Part shown: piece by piece, positions 42,510 to 55,793 of the stretch
Position numbering within the stretch: position 1 is the first letter of the stretch
How the letters are laid out: each line of letters begins with the position of its first letter
Source: Eledone cirrhosa
Lineage: Eukaryota
DNA: 64,000 nt
Direction: 5' to 3'
Assembly: GCA_964016885.1 (NCBI GenBank)
Contig: OZ024751.1
Coordinates: forward strand, 4,836,001 to 4,900,000
Made by a program: the position numbers and the translations under genes
Notes under the pieces: model-generated
Told to the model about the DNA's origin: nothing
The model's database searches: none
The model's input: the letters and a program-made list of their open reading frames with translations, nothing else

Positions 42510-45260
42510 TTGTTATACTTGGGGAGGGTCATATTTGTGTAATAATATTGCCAGAATTAATAACAGAACACACTCACTGTTTGGTTGGTTTTCGCTTCTG
42601 TGTCTTTTATATTGGTTAATTTAATTTATTCGGTCCTCAATGTTACCATTGACTGACCAACAGTCAAAATTACAGATACAATATAGACACAAACACATAT
42701 ATATAGTCCAACAAAGTTCTTTTGTTGCACATCTGCAACATCGTCAGTGGTGCTATTATGTTTCCTCCCGTTGTATTGTGTGCCTACGCCATCTTTATTT
42801 AGTCTGTTTATTTATTTATTTATTTTTTTGTCTTCTCTGCGCATGCGTTTGCGTGTGTGTATAGTGTTTTGTTTGATGTGTGTTCGTGTTTGGGTGACTG
42901 TGTATTGGTTATTGTATTCTATCTTAGTTTACTAGTGTGTGTTTATATGTGTTTGTTGTTATTGTGCTTGTGTATGTATTTATTTATTTATACTTCTCTT
43001 AGGTCAGTGTTGTTTGTTGGGTGTTGTTATTCCATTCATTTTTTCTGTTTAGCCTTGGCCTTCTAAGTTCTATTTCGCTGGCCTCTCTGATTTGCCTATT
43101 TGCTGTGTCATTTCTATGTTTAGATATTATTCTAATTTCTATGTTGTCTATGTTACCGTCGTGTTGTTGTCTGGCATGTTCGTATAGTACTGAACTGTTT
43201 TTTCGTCCTTTTAGTTCCCCCCAGTGTTGGTCTATCCTTTCACCTATGCTACGAGCTGTCTCGCCTATGTATGTTGTTGTCATGTTTCTGCAAGTACCCT
43301 CTGTACATCTTATGCTATAGACTACATTTCTAGTTTTACAGTTTATCCGGGGGTTTACTTTACATATAATACATTTCCTATTAGTACAGTGGGTTTTCTT
43401 AAAAGGGTAGGTTTTGCTGATCAGGGATTTTATGGTGGTTCCTGGCTTTTCTACCACCTTAATCTTTAAGTGGGTCTTTCTCAGGGCCTTTCTACACTGG
43501 TTAGCTAATTTCCCTCCAGGGGTAGCGTCCACAAACATGACACTCTGGTATCTCTGGTTGTTGTACCATGAGGTGGCTTTCTCTATCTTATGTCTAGTCC
43601 TATCTAAGCTATTCCATGATTTGCTCCTGTATAATGGGCAAATTCCTTTAATGTCCAGTTCTATGAGGGTCTTATACTTCTCCATGGCTCCTTCGTATAC
43701 TCTGATTCTGTCTCTTTGGTTGTAGCCAGAGAACTGCATGCGGTTGATGAAGTGTTGGATGTGTCTTTCCATTTCTGTTGGGTCGCATAAGCGGAACACG
43801 TTCTTCATCACTCGTACCAAGTCTGCGATCAGAATATTAAACTTAGAACTACTGGACATTGCTGAGTTTTTGAGTATCAGGTATTTGGAGGCCATGGGTT
43901 TAGCATAGTGTGAGTGGAGAATTTGGGCTCTCTCGTCTATAGTGTTAATCCAGAGTTCCGTGTCTAATACAGGAAGTCTATTGTTAGGGTGTTTGGAAGG
44001 GTAGTCGATAGTTACAGTTATACTCTGGTGTATGGAATTAGCTATCTGCTGGATGCTTTCTATTGTGCTACGTTCTAAATCAAACTTGTTAGTGCTCTCT
44101 TGTGGGGATGTTCTTATTACTATATTGATATCGTCTACGTAACGAGAGTACATGATGAGGTCTATGGAGCTCTCATCAAGGAGATCTTTGAGTCTCCTTT
44201 CCCACCATACCATAAAAAGGTTGGCTACGTCACCAGCTATGCTGATGCCAATAGCTGCTCCCTCATTTTGGGTGTAGATCTTCTCATTGAATTTGAATAT
44301 GTGGCCCTTTAGGGTAGTTTTGATACTAGCCCCTATTGCATGCGCGGCCATTTTTCTTCCATGATCATTGTTTTGGGGGGTCCGTATAGCTTTGGTCCAC
44401 CCAATCCACCTTCCCATGGAAGTCTTTTTTGCCATTGAGGTTATGGTGGAGGGTCTACCTCTTATGGGTCTACTGGGGCAGAAACGTCTAAGGTCATGGC
44501 TGTCTAGGTGTCATAGGTAAGTCTAAGTAGGAGGCCCAGTTCGTCTGTGTCGACGTCGCAGAACTCCACCTCACTCTCAATGATCATCTCCACACATTTT
44601 TCCACAGCAAAATCAATGTTAATGAATGGGTACAGTGATACCACATCCATACTGCCTATTATGCAGTTGGATAGGTTCCTGTTTTTGTTGCACTCACTGT
44701 TTCTGCTGAGGAGGTCCTCTGTACTATCACATACATCTGGGGACATCTTGATTATGGGGCGTATAACCATTGAGAGCAAGTAGGAGATCATGTAGTTGCT
44801 AGCTATATTTGCTCCGCATACAGGTCTTGTTGGTGGTCCTGTTGTCGGGTCGTCGACTGTCTTGTGGTCTTTGCGGAGCCCATACAAGGGTGGTATGCCA
44901 TTGTTAGACGCCTGGAAGTTGTTGGCAGTGCGTCTGCTTGGTTTTAGGATGTCGGTCCACATCATCATATGAGCGTTGAGGATTTTCTCTCTCCCATCAT
45001 GTATTTGCTGTGCACGTTTGCTCGTGTTGGTGATGTGGGGTTGCATAGCTTTGATGTAGTTCGGCATGCTGTCTATTGACATCCTACCAGACTTATCCGT
45101 GGGTAGACATACTACCTCACCATCCCTTGTGCGATGCTTGAGGCTAACCAAGCCTTCTACAGGTTTCCTCCCAAGTTGTTGGACATCTGGTCTGCTCTGT
45201 CTCTTATACCGGTCTACTATTTGTCTAATCTTATTTCTAGCTATGGTGAACTGTGCCTCA
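42510..45260 (-). mobile_element. Penelope-like element (RT, Zn-finger linker, C-terminal GIY-YIG; Neptune/Nematis-like), 5'-truncated and disrupted
   Basis: PTDKSG, PPLYGLRKDHK, RPVC, GSMDVVSLYP, YTQNEGAAIG, YSRYVDDI, LPVLD; CxxxxCxxC linker; NVVY..YIGET.R..ERIDQH; REA..I..LNRKNEW; 3' pseudo-LTR with HHR at ~42712-42752. Confidence 0.88.
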
Positions 45261-46882
45261 TATATATATATAAATCTCTCTATATATATATGAGGCTAAT
45301 CAGCCCATGTATATAGGCGTAAAAACTATATATTTTCACCTGTTTCAAATTCCAGCAGAGAGCAGGATAAACACTGTCATGATGAGGCCAGAGCCAGAAA
45401 TGCTTTGGTAGTTGTCTCCCACTACTTCTGCTGGAATCCTCTAGATGGTGCTAGCCATCAGTTTTTCAATATTCATAGTTAGAAGCCTTTCTAAATGCTC
45501 TTTTGAATAAGTTAATGTGTTTTAGATTAGTAGATTCAGCTTGACATTTTATTAACAAACTGTTTTAGTTGGTATAGTAGAGCATGTCACAGTCTTGTTG
45601 TTCTACTACTTCTATTACTTCTCTCTCTACCTCTAACTTCTACAATAAATATATCACAGTCTTGTTCATGGTGTCTCTACTACCTCTATTATTATCTCTC
45701 TCTACTTCCCACTTCTACAATGGTTGCTTTTTTCAATAAGCCTAGTACACATTAAATAATGTAGTCCAGGGTATGCTATACTGTTTATTCATGCATGTGT
45801 CTCATTGTATATTGTCATGTATAAGTCTATAGTATATACTTATGTATATGTGTCATGGTATATATTCACCTATAAGTCTCACCCTATATACTAATCTACA
45901 AGTTTCACTATATATACTCGTGTATAAGCCACACTTTATATACTACAGTATAAACCGCTACATATATACTCATGTATAAGTCTCACCATATATAAATAAT
46001 TGTATGTAAGTCACACTATATATATTTGTGTATAAATCTCTACATATGTACTTGTGTATAAGTTTCACCATATATATACTCATGTGTATGATCCATTATA
46101 TACACTTTTGTAGAAATATCTCTCTATTTACTCATGTATCATCATCATCATCATTTCATTTTACGTCCGCTTTTTCCCTGCTTGCAAGGGTGGGACGGGA
46201 ACTGATTCTGGCTTGATTTCTACAGCTGGATGCCCTTCCTAACACCAACCTCATTTACAGTGAGTGCTGGGTGCTTTTTTTCCGTGGCACCTCCACAACC
46301 ACTTTGCAGTGGAATGATATGGACCCTAGTCCCTATCATCTAATTTCTACAGCTGAGTAAACTGGAGCAATGTGAAATAAAGTGTCTTGCTCAAGGAAAC
46401 AACACATCAGCCGGTCTGAGAATTGAACTCACAACCTTTCGATTGCAAGGCCAATGCTCTAACCACTAAGCCATGATATACTCATTTACAAGTGTCACTG
46501 TATCTACTCATGCATAAGTCTCACCATATATACTCCTGTATAAGTCACACTATATATACTTGTGTATAAGTCTCTACATATATATTTGTGTACAAGTCTC
46601 ACCATATATATACTCACGTGTATGCCCCACTATATATACCTGTGTATAATTCTTACTGTTTTTACTCATATATAAGTTTCAATTCCAGTCACAATCATCC
46701 CATCGTTTTAGAGCTATCTTGAACTACATTATTGTACATTATCAAATGTATCCATTAATCGTTTTAAATGAAGAATACTTGGCTGCTATTTTAAGCTGAT
46801 CAAGTGACAACAGAGGGTTTTTCTCAATTACAGTGTTTGAATTATAGAAATACTAAGGAATTCTATTTTTGTTTATTCACAG

Positions 46883-46987
46883 CTCTTGCTATTCATTTTC
46901 TATGGAGTAACAATGTTGCTCACATGGACTTAAAACCACAGAATATTCTCTTAACTTCCACAGAAAACCCCACACTAAAGATTGCAG
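46883..46987 (+). CDS. ULK3: ULK3 coding exon 4 ([35 protein letters not shown]), catalytic loop
   Basis: ttcacAG acceptor, GTAAGT donor, 105 nt, phase 1/1; non-[10 protein letters not shown] loop as in ULK3 (HLDLKPQN). Confidence 0.96.
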
Positions 46988-47072
46988 GTAAGTTTCATTC
47001 GTTTTTAAAGTCATTACTAGCCAAGAAAAACAACATCATTTCGTTTCAAATCGAGTTGGGGACATTGTTTAA

Positions 47073-47325
47073 CCCTTTTTATACCAAGCCACATAAAAAT
47101 GGCCCTGGTATTATGATCCAAAACTGTGGGTTAAAGTGTTCATCTTTATAAAAAAAAACTTTTATCATAAATTTATGTAAGAACCTTTGCTAAGTTATGT
47201 TCCAGACACTAACTTAATGAGAAAGTGAAATTAAATTACTAAATTCCTCCAAATTCTTGATTATTTTCAAATATATTTCAAAGTCATAAGTTGTGTTTTT
47301 CATTAGAATTATGGTAACAAAAGGG
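47073..47325. mobile_element. piggyBac-like MITE with TTAA target duplication
   Basis: TTAA|CCCTTTTTATACCA ... TGGTAACAAAAGGG|TTAA. Confidence 0.7.
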
Positions 47326-47967
47326 TTAAAGTGTTTATATTTATCTAAAATCCTTCCATTATAATTTTATTTAAGAACCTTTGCTTTACATATCTTTTAC
47401 TATGTCCAACCCTTGCTAGCAAGGAAAGCGGATGTTTAAACAACAACAATGATGATGATTTACTATGTATATCTTGTGTATCTACATAGAACTGTTAATG
47501 CAACTAACTTCAGTTAACAGTTGAGAATAGGTACCAGATCTTCAAGCAGTCATTATCATAATCATTCTATGTCCACTTTCCATGCTGGCATGGGTTTGAC
47601 ACACCATGTTTAGATAAATCAAGAGACCTCATCTTGTTCATATGTTCCATGTTTGGCAAGGTTTCTATAATTAGATACCCTTCCTAACACAAACAACCTT
47701 ATGTTGGGTGTATTTTTCAGGATACCAGCTAGGATGTGTTTTTTTGTGACACCAGAACAATCACTTTACAGAGTGGACTGGGTGCATTTTATCATTATGC
47801 CAGCACTAACATTTTATACTGTATACTGGGTGCATTTTATTGTGGTAACAATACTAACCCTTTACAGGGTGTAATCAGTGTATTTTATCATGGTATCAAC
47901 ACAACACTACTGGGTGTACTAGGTGTATATTATTGAAGCACATGCATCTCATAATTTTTTTTTTCAG

Positions 47968-48111
47968 ATTTTGGATTTGCTAAACATATGTTAGAAGGAA
48001 CAGAAATGCATTCTCTGCGGGGCTCCTTGTTATACATGGCACCAGAAATTGTCTGCAAGCGGAAATATGATAATCGGGTGGACCTCTGGTCAATAGGTGT
48101 CATTTTTTATG
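47968..48111 (+). CDS. ULK3: ULK3 coding exon 5 ([48 protein letters not shown]), activation segment
   Basis: poly-T cAG acceptor, GTAAAT donor, 144 nt, phase 1/1; DFG, APE and DLWSIG motifs. Confidence 0.96.
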
Positions 48112-49029
48112 GTAAATATTATTTTTTTATGATTCATCATCATTGCCGTTTAATGTCCACCTTCCATGCTAGCATGGGTTACATGGATTATTCCATTTGA
48201 GGCAGGTTGGGTCAGGTGACTGCATCCTGCTCATACAGAACTATTTCTTCCTAGATTTCTACAGCCCTTTCTAACGCCAACCACTTTTACAGTGTGGACT
48301 GGGTGCTTTTTGCCATGACTCCTACATGATTCATGTATTTTCTAATTAGCTATCTTAATTTATGACATAATACATTTAAAAATATTCTGCCTTGTAAACT
48401 CCTTCTTCTTCTTGAACTGGCCCCTCTACCTAAGGCCTGAACATGTCCCTTGTAAACCCACATGAAGGATGATGCGTATAGTTCTTTTTCACACCTCTCA
48501 CCATATTGCAGTTTTGGTGATCTTATTTGTGCCAGTCACCAATCTGATACTTTCTTAAACCTGTGAAGATTAGGATTTTTTAGAGGCAACCTCTACTCAC
48601 CTTGTCATAGCTACATCATTGGGTTGTGAGAGTTTTCTTGTGAACTACAGGTGTCACCCATTGCTCCATCTTGCCTAGCAGTTTAATGTTGTTGATCTGG
48701 GGCTGCTTATTCGTCCAGGAGCAGCCTGCTTACATCGCACTTAACCATCATATCTGGAAGCCATATCTCTATCTGCTACTTGTGATTAATTCTCTAGCAG
48801 AACAGCTCTGCCAAGAATGCCTTGTAAACTCCCAATGTCAAAATTGTTAGATATATTGTATGAAAATATGAGCTGTGAAATCTTGCCTGCATTAATTTCA
48901 ACTCTTCTTTTTAATAACTGCATTGTTTCTTTCCAGGGACTATGTTGAAAAATAAACCTCATTTGGTCATTCCATGAGAGTTTCTTAGTCAGCTTATGAA
49001 CCTTTCAGCTGACCTTTGTAAATATATAT

Positions 49030-49385
49030 GCACACACACACATATATACATATGTATGTATGGGTTATATCGAACATTAATAATAATGTTCGATTCGTTT
49101 GTAAACAAACGGCTCAATTTGAGGCTGTGCCATGCCAGTGACAGATCGTCACCTGTTTGTTCAACACTGGCTTTGAGGAACAATCAATATGTTTCTGGGT
49201 CATTACCCTTCATCAGGACTGTATACCTCTGCCAGTCTGTTGAATGGTTGAAAATATGTAGCCTCATTTTCATACCGGGTGAGTTACGGCTGGCCCTGCC
49301 GAATATTAAAAATAAAATTAGAATTTATATATACATGCATGTGTTTTTCCTCTTTTATCACGTGTGTATTTTAGTCGTCTAAGAA
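49030..49385 (-). mobile_element. Diverged member of the ~485-bp HHR family; HHR at 49184-49220
   Basis: Shares ttcgtttgt.aacaaac and gtcacct.tttgttcaacactg; - strand agtc-CTGATGA-a gggt aatg accc a-GAAAC..gatt. Confidence 0.6.
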
Positions 49386-49683
49386 ATTTAGTAGTCAGGA
49401 TTGTATTGGTTTGGAAATCCATTGATAAGCAATAACGAACCAATATGTCTCTTCACTGAATTGTGAAACAGTTCTACCTTAAAACTATCTGGATGTTGAT
49501 AGTCGGTTCGTATACCTTAACTTATCCTTTTAATTGAGTTCTGTGAACCGTACTATCTTTAGTTAATATATTCTTCACCTTGGTGGTTTTATATCCCTTA
49601 CCATTTGAACACACATATATATATGTGTGTTCTCTCTTTACTGTGTTATAAAGAGCTCAGAATTTTTTCCTTGAGCTAATTTG

Positions 49684-52600
49684 ATTCATCATCAGGTTTA
49701 GCGTCCGTGTTCCACGCTTGCATGGGTTTGGACGGGGGTTTTCCCACTTGAGGCAAGAGTGGTTGTCTTGCTCGCATAGGACTGTCTGGCGGGTTTTCTA
49801 CAGTTGGATGCCCTTCCTAACACCAACCACATTTACAGTGTGGGGCTGGGAGGTTTTTACCGTGTTGCCTACACGGCCACATTACAGCGTGGACTGTCTG
49901 GCGGGTTTTCTACAGCTGGATGCCCTTCCTAACACCAACCACATTTACAGTGTGGGGCTGGGAGGTTTTTACCGTGTTGCCTACACGGCCACATTTACAG
50001 CGTGGACTGTGTGTTTTTTTGTCGTGACACCTACACGATCTCATTTGTTTCGGCCTGGTTGTTGTGGGACCAACATAACTGTACATTGAAAGGGGCGGTG
50101 TGGATGGGGTGGAGGTGGTGGGACGGGGGGGTGTTTTGATAGAGATGCCTACTGACTGTAGTAGGTTTTTACTTTGTATTTAGGTAAGGCGGGTCTTCTC
50201 TATTACTGAGTACCGCCAAAGGTCTCGGTCCAGTGACATTGTCTTGGAGAGGTGTAAGCGTGTGAGGTCGGAATTTATCAGCTCGTCCCATGTTTTTCTG
50301 GGTCTGCCTACTCCGTGGCTACCGTCTATCTTTATTGCCCTGCACTTTGTTATACAGCTGTCGTCTTTCATGCGCATCACGTGACCGTACCAACGTAGCC
50401 TTCTCTCGAGTAAACAACATCTGATCCCTCTTATTTCTAATTTTTTCCTTAGTTCGTTTATGCTTTGCCGTTCACGTATATTACTATTGCACATCCAGCG
50501 GAGCATGCAAGCTTCGTTCCTCTCTAGTCTGCGTATATCCTCTGCACACAATGCCCAGGTCTCACTGCCATGCAGCATTGCTGTTCGTATGCAGGCATCG
50601 TATAACCTGCCTTTCATTTTTAGGGAGAACCCTCTAGCGGCTAATAGTGGTATAAGCTCTCTGAACTTTTTCCATCCAGTTCTGACTCTAGCTACTGTAC
50701 TTTCAGAGCACCCTCCCCCACTGCTGATTTTGTCACCCAGGTAACGGAAGCTGTCCACTATTTCTATAGAACCCTCTGCGCAGTTGAAGGAGCTAGTATT
50801 TTGTGGGCACTTGCTGCTGCTTATTGCACCAGAGCACCGGCCACATGTAAAATCTATGTTCTTAGTTAGCTTACCTGTGATCCCACTACATCTTTTATGC
50901 ACCCATACTTTGCATTTGGGACATAAAATGGAGTTTCTACCTACGCCTTTCCTACACACTGAGCATGGCCATTTCCCAGATGGGACTGCCGCCATATTTT
51001 CTTTCCTACAAACTAGAACTTTTGTCTTAGCCAGGTTAATTTTAAGGCCTTTTGATTCTAGGCCGTGCTTCCATGTTTGGAATTTCTTCTCTAGTTCGGT
51101 CATTGATTCAGCTATGAGCGTTAGATCATCTGCGTATAGGAGTTCCCATGGGCAGCCGGTCTTGAACTCCTCTGTTATAGCCTGAAGGGCAATAATAAAT
51201 AGTAGGGGGCTAAGAACAGAGCCCTGATGGACACCAACTTTTACGCTAAACTCTTCACTATATTCGTTGTTAATTCTAACCTTACTGACTGTTTCTTTAT
51301 ACATGGCTTGTATAGCTCTCACAAGCCATTCGTCAACACCTAGTTTTCTAAGAGACCACCAGATAATGGAACGGGGGACTCTGTCGAAGGCTTTCTCCAA
51401 GTCGACGAAAGCTAAGTATAGGGGTTTACTTTTAGCTAGGTACTTCTCCTGTAGTTGTCGTACAATGAAAAGAGCGTCTGTCGTACTTTTGCCTGACACA
51501 AACCCGAACTGCATTTCATCTAGATCAATTCTCTCTGATTAGTTGCGCTATTACTTTTTCCGTGACCTTCATGACCTGGTCGATTAATTTAATGCCTCTA
51601 TAGTTACTCCTATCTAGGGCATCTCCTTTTCCCTTATAGCAGTTAACGATGATGCTACTACGCCAGTCCTTCGGAACAACCCCATTCTGTACGACTTGGT
51701 TAACTATCCGGGTGACCATGGTGTGTCCCACCGAACCAGATGCCTTCAGCATCTCAGCAACTATTTCCGAAGGCCCAGCCGCCTTACCCGTCTTCATATC
51801 TTTGATTGCCTTGCTTATTGTACTACCCTGGACTAACACTGCTGGTCCCTCTATTGGGTTGATGTGGGGGAGTCTGTCTTTCTCCCATTTGTTCTCCTCA
51901 TTTAGAAGCCTTTCGTAGTGACACTTCCAAGCTACCTTCTTATCAGCGTCGGTGATGGCAAGTATGCCATCATCGTTAAGCACACACTTCTCCCCGACAA
52001 TATCACGGTTTTCCTTGACACATTGCCTGGCAATCCTGAACACCTCACGTTTTTGGTCCTCACGTTGTAGAACATGCTTGAACTTTCTTTCCTCTGCTTC
52101 CCTTCTTGCTAAGTACACTTGTCTCCTAGCTTCCCTCCTGGCTACCTGATAGTCGTCTCTACTTCCCCCATCCCGCCATGCTTTCCAAGCCTGCTTTTTG
52201 GCCTTAATTGACTCCTCCACCTTACTGTTCCACCACCATGTTACTCTCCTCCTACCTACAGGCCTGCTCCAGCCACAGACTTCGTCTGCCGCCGTCAGCA
52301 GGTTTGCTCTCAGGAATTCCCATTGTTCCTCTATATTATACGACTCTAATTGCTCTTCCTTACTGTCGAAAGCGTCAAGTAATATGCTTTGAAATTTATT
52401 TCTGGCTATGGGGTCCTTTAGCTTCCATATTTTTCTCCTGAGGATAGTCCTCTTCCGCTGTCTAGTACGTCTCGTCCTGACTATGAGGTCGCTAATTATC
52501 AGTCTATGTTGGGAGGTGAATTCTTCATGGGGGAGGGATTTAGTGTTAACAACAGACACTCTGTCACGTCTTCTGGTAAGGATATAATCTACCTGGCTTG

Positions 52601-54130
52601 TGTGTTCCCCCGATCTATAGGTGATCAAGTGATTGTCTCGTTTTTTGAAGTTAGTGTTACAGATGGTTAAGTTATTTGCGTCGCAGAATTCCAGGATTCT
52701 GGAGCCTTCCTCATTTCTAGTACCGAACCCATAGCCTCCATGGATTCCGCCATAGCCGTCACAATGCTGTCCAACGTGACCATTTAGGTCGCCTGCAATA
52801 ACTATATAGTCACTGTCGGTTATTTGGGAGGTAGCGAGCATCAGTGTCTCGTAGAATCTGTCTTTTATAGCACCGGGCAGTCTGGATTGTGGTGCGTACG
52901 CAGATATTACTGTCACCGTAGTTTTATTGAGGACAAGTCTTATTTTAATTATTCTGTCGTTCACTCTATTTACGTCTATTATCTTATCTGCCCACTTTTC
53001 TGCTACCATGATTCCTACCCTACCCAACCCATTGTCATTTCCCACCCAGAAAAGCTTATAGCATCGTTCTTTACCCACGATGAATCTAGCCGACCCTCCC
53101 CTCCACCTGGTCTCTTGAATACAACAAACATCGACCTCCTTACGTTCAAGCATTTCTACAACCTCGTTAGAGCGACCCTTTAAGGTGCCTACATTCATGG
53201 TACCAACTCTGAAGTTTTGGATTGCGTTTGGAGGGTGGGAGGGGTGGGGCGCGGGGGGGATGGGGTTATGTTAGCCATCCTGGGCCGAAACAAGGCGGAG
53301 TGCTTGCATTCTCGTCCACGAGGTGAATTTGTCTTTATCTTTGGCATTGTCGCTGAGCGTCCACATTTTTCTCTCTTCAACTCTCCAGAATTCCGTAGTC
53401 CATCCATCATATCGAAAAGCAACCAGTTAGGCGATAGTATGGGCCTCTGACTTATGATTGGTCCACGTAATAATGGTGGTGCGTGGGGGAGGGTGGGAGG
53501 GATGATGTGTTGTTAGCGAGAATGTAAGGTTTAAGATAAGATCGCCGTATTTTGGGCATAATTTAACAATAAACGAAAATACAAGATTTGTTTTGTTTAA
53601 GAAAATACGATAGAGAAAATGCGGTGATAGGGAAAATATGATTTTTAGAGAAAAAATATGATATAGAATGATAGAATGGTGAAAATATGATATAGTGTGA
53701 AATTAGGACATAGAACAGTCATTGAAATGAATGGATTCGAATGGAGAGAAGAATCGAGAAAAAATATTTGGACGTTACTTTATACCGCAAGAAGAGCCAT
53801 CCCAGAAATAGCGAGTTGGCGATTGTGATTAATTTTGGTAGGGATTTATTTTATATGTATAGAGAGGGATGGGGGGGGGGGGAGGAACCAGCATGATGTA
53901 TGGGTAGGGGGTAGAAGATGGGATGGAGCAGAGGTTAAGAGTTTAAATAGGTACTAGAAGTTTTGCGTAGAACTTAGCAAGTTTAACAAAATATATTTAA
54001 AGGAATATATAATAGTGATTTGTTTTTGTTATGAAAATACGACAGAATATGAAAATATGACAGAATTAAGCGAGAATGTAAGGTTTAAGATTATAATGGA
54101 TTATTATGAGTTTTTAACTCAACATGTTAA
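49684..54130 (-). mobile_element. Near full-length RTE LINE (APE + RT + PHD finger), one frameshift at ~51525-51538, in ULK3 intron 5
   Basis: FRVGTMNVGTL, CIQETRW, SAYAPQ, GDLNGHVG, QVDYIL, SQHR; NYRGIKL, MQFGF, FVDLEKAFD, VHQGSVLSP, YADD; 3' UTR with a 112-bp duplication and short (GAT)n; 5' boundary uncertain. Confidence 0.93.
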
Positions 54131-54149
54131 TTTTGATGTATATATATAT

Positions 54150-54204
54150 ATATAAGTATGTATGTATACGTACATACATATATGTATACAGACGTACAGT
54201 AGCA

Positions 54205-54252
<48 letters not shown>

Positions 54253-54684
54253 CAGGTACACATACATATATGCACGCATCAGTTTAGCGGACGCTTATTA
54301 TAACGCTGCTTTGTTCGTTTGTCAACAAACTGAACAGCCTGAATTTATGCTATACGGTGTTAAGGCAACCACGTCACCTTTTTGTTCAACACTGACACAG
54401 GAACGATGTACTAGTTTCAAGCTTGTTAGCTATCATCAGCACCGTTTACCCATCTGCCAGATAGTTGAACGTTCGAAAGTATATACTTTCCTTATGAAAA
54501 TTAACGGCTGAGCAGCCTAATTTGCATATTGAGTGAGTTAAATCGGTCAGGCATACCGAAAACGATAAGTTGAAAAAAAATGAAAACGAAATTTCATTTC
54601 TCACTCTTAGTATGGCACTTACTTAAATGTAAGTATGTATGTATACGTACATACATATATGTATACAGACGTACAGTAGCATGC

Positions 54685-54731
<47 letters not shown>

Positions 54732-55167
54732 CATACAGGTACACATACATATATGCACGCATCAGTTTAGCGGACGCTTATTATAACGCTGCTTTGTTCG
54801 TTTGTCAACAAACTGAACAGCCTGAATTTATGCCATACAGTGTTAAGGCAACCTTGTCACCTTTTTGTTCAACACTGACACAGGAACGATGTACTAGTTT
54901 CAAGCTTGTTAGCTATCATCAGCACCGTTTACCCATCTGCCAGATAGTTGAACGTTCGAAAGTATATACTTTCTTTATGAAAATTAACGGCTGAGCAGCC
55001 TAATTTGCATATTGAGTGAGTTAAATCGGTCAGGCATACCGAAAACGATAAGTTGAAAAAAAATGAAAACGAAATTTCATTTCTCACTCTTAGTATGGCA
55101 CTTACTTAAATGTAAGTATGTATGTATACATACATACAGATATGTATACAGACGTACAGTAGCATGC

Positions 55168-55202
<35 letters not shown>

Positions 55203-55597
55203 CAAATATATATATATACATACAGGTACACATACATATATGCATGCATCCGTTTAGCGGACGCTTATTATAACGCCGCTTTGTTCGTTTGTCAACAAAC
55301 TGAACAGCCTGAATTTATGCCATACGGTGTTAAGGCAACCACGTCACCTTTTTGTTCAACACTGACACAGGAACGATGTACTAGTTTCAAGCTTGTTAGC
55401 TATCATCAGCACCGTTTACCCATCTGCCAGATAGTTGAACGTTCGAAAGTATATACTTTCCTTATGAAAAGGAAAGTATATACTTATGCCGTATGGCATA
55501 AATTCAGGCTGTTCAGTTTGTTGACAAACGAACAAAGCGGCGTTATAATAAGCGTCCGCTAAACTGATGCATGCATATATGTATGTGTACCTGTATG

Positions 55598-55644
<47 letters not shown>

Positions 55645-55761
55645 GCATGCTACTGTACGTCTGTATACATATCTGTATGTACGTATACATACATACTTAC
55701 ATTTAAGTAAGTGCCATACTAAGAGTGAGAAATGAAATTTCGTTTTCATTTTTTTTCAACT

Positions 55762-55762
<1 letters not shown>
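54150..55762 (-). repeat. Tandem array of ~485-bp HHR-containing units (2 full + 1 partial) followed by an inverted partial unit (55471-55762)
   Basis: Near-identical spurious ORFs repeat at 483-bp spacing and once inverted; one HHR per unit. Confidence 0.9.
54404..54444 (-). ncRNA. Canonical minimal type I hammerhead ribozyme motif (identical copies at 54887-54927 and 55374-55414)
   Basis: cggtg-CTGATGA-t agct aaca agct t-GAA-ACTAGT-A-catcg; GUA cleavage triplet. Confidence 0.82.

Positions 55763-55793
<31 letters not shown>

Noticed and set aside
48380-48940. Possible old LINE fragment on the - strand
   Set aside because: Only a weak RLxTG-like word; no diagnostic motif.
49670-54140. Target-site duplication of the long RTE (aatttgat / aattttgat)
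   Set aside because: Short, imperfect and AT-rich; the 5' boundary is undefined.
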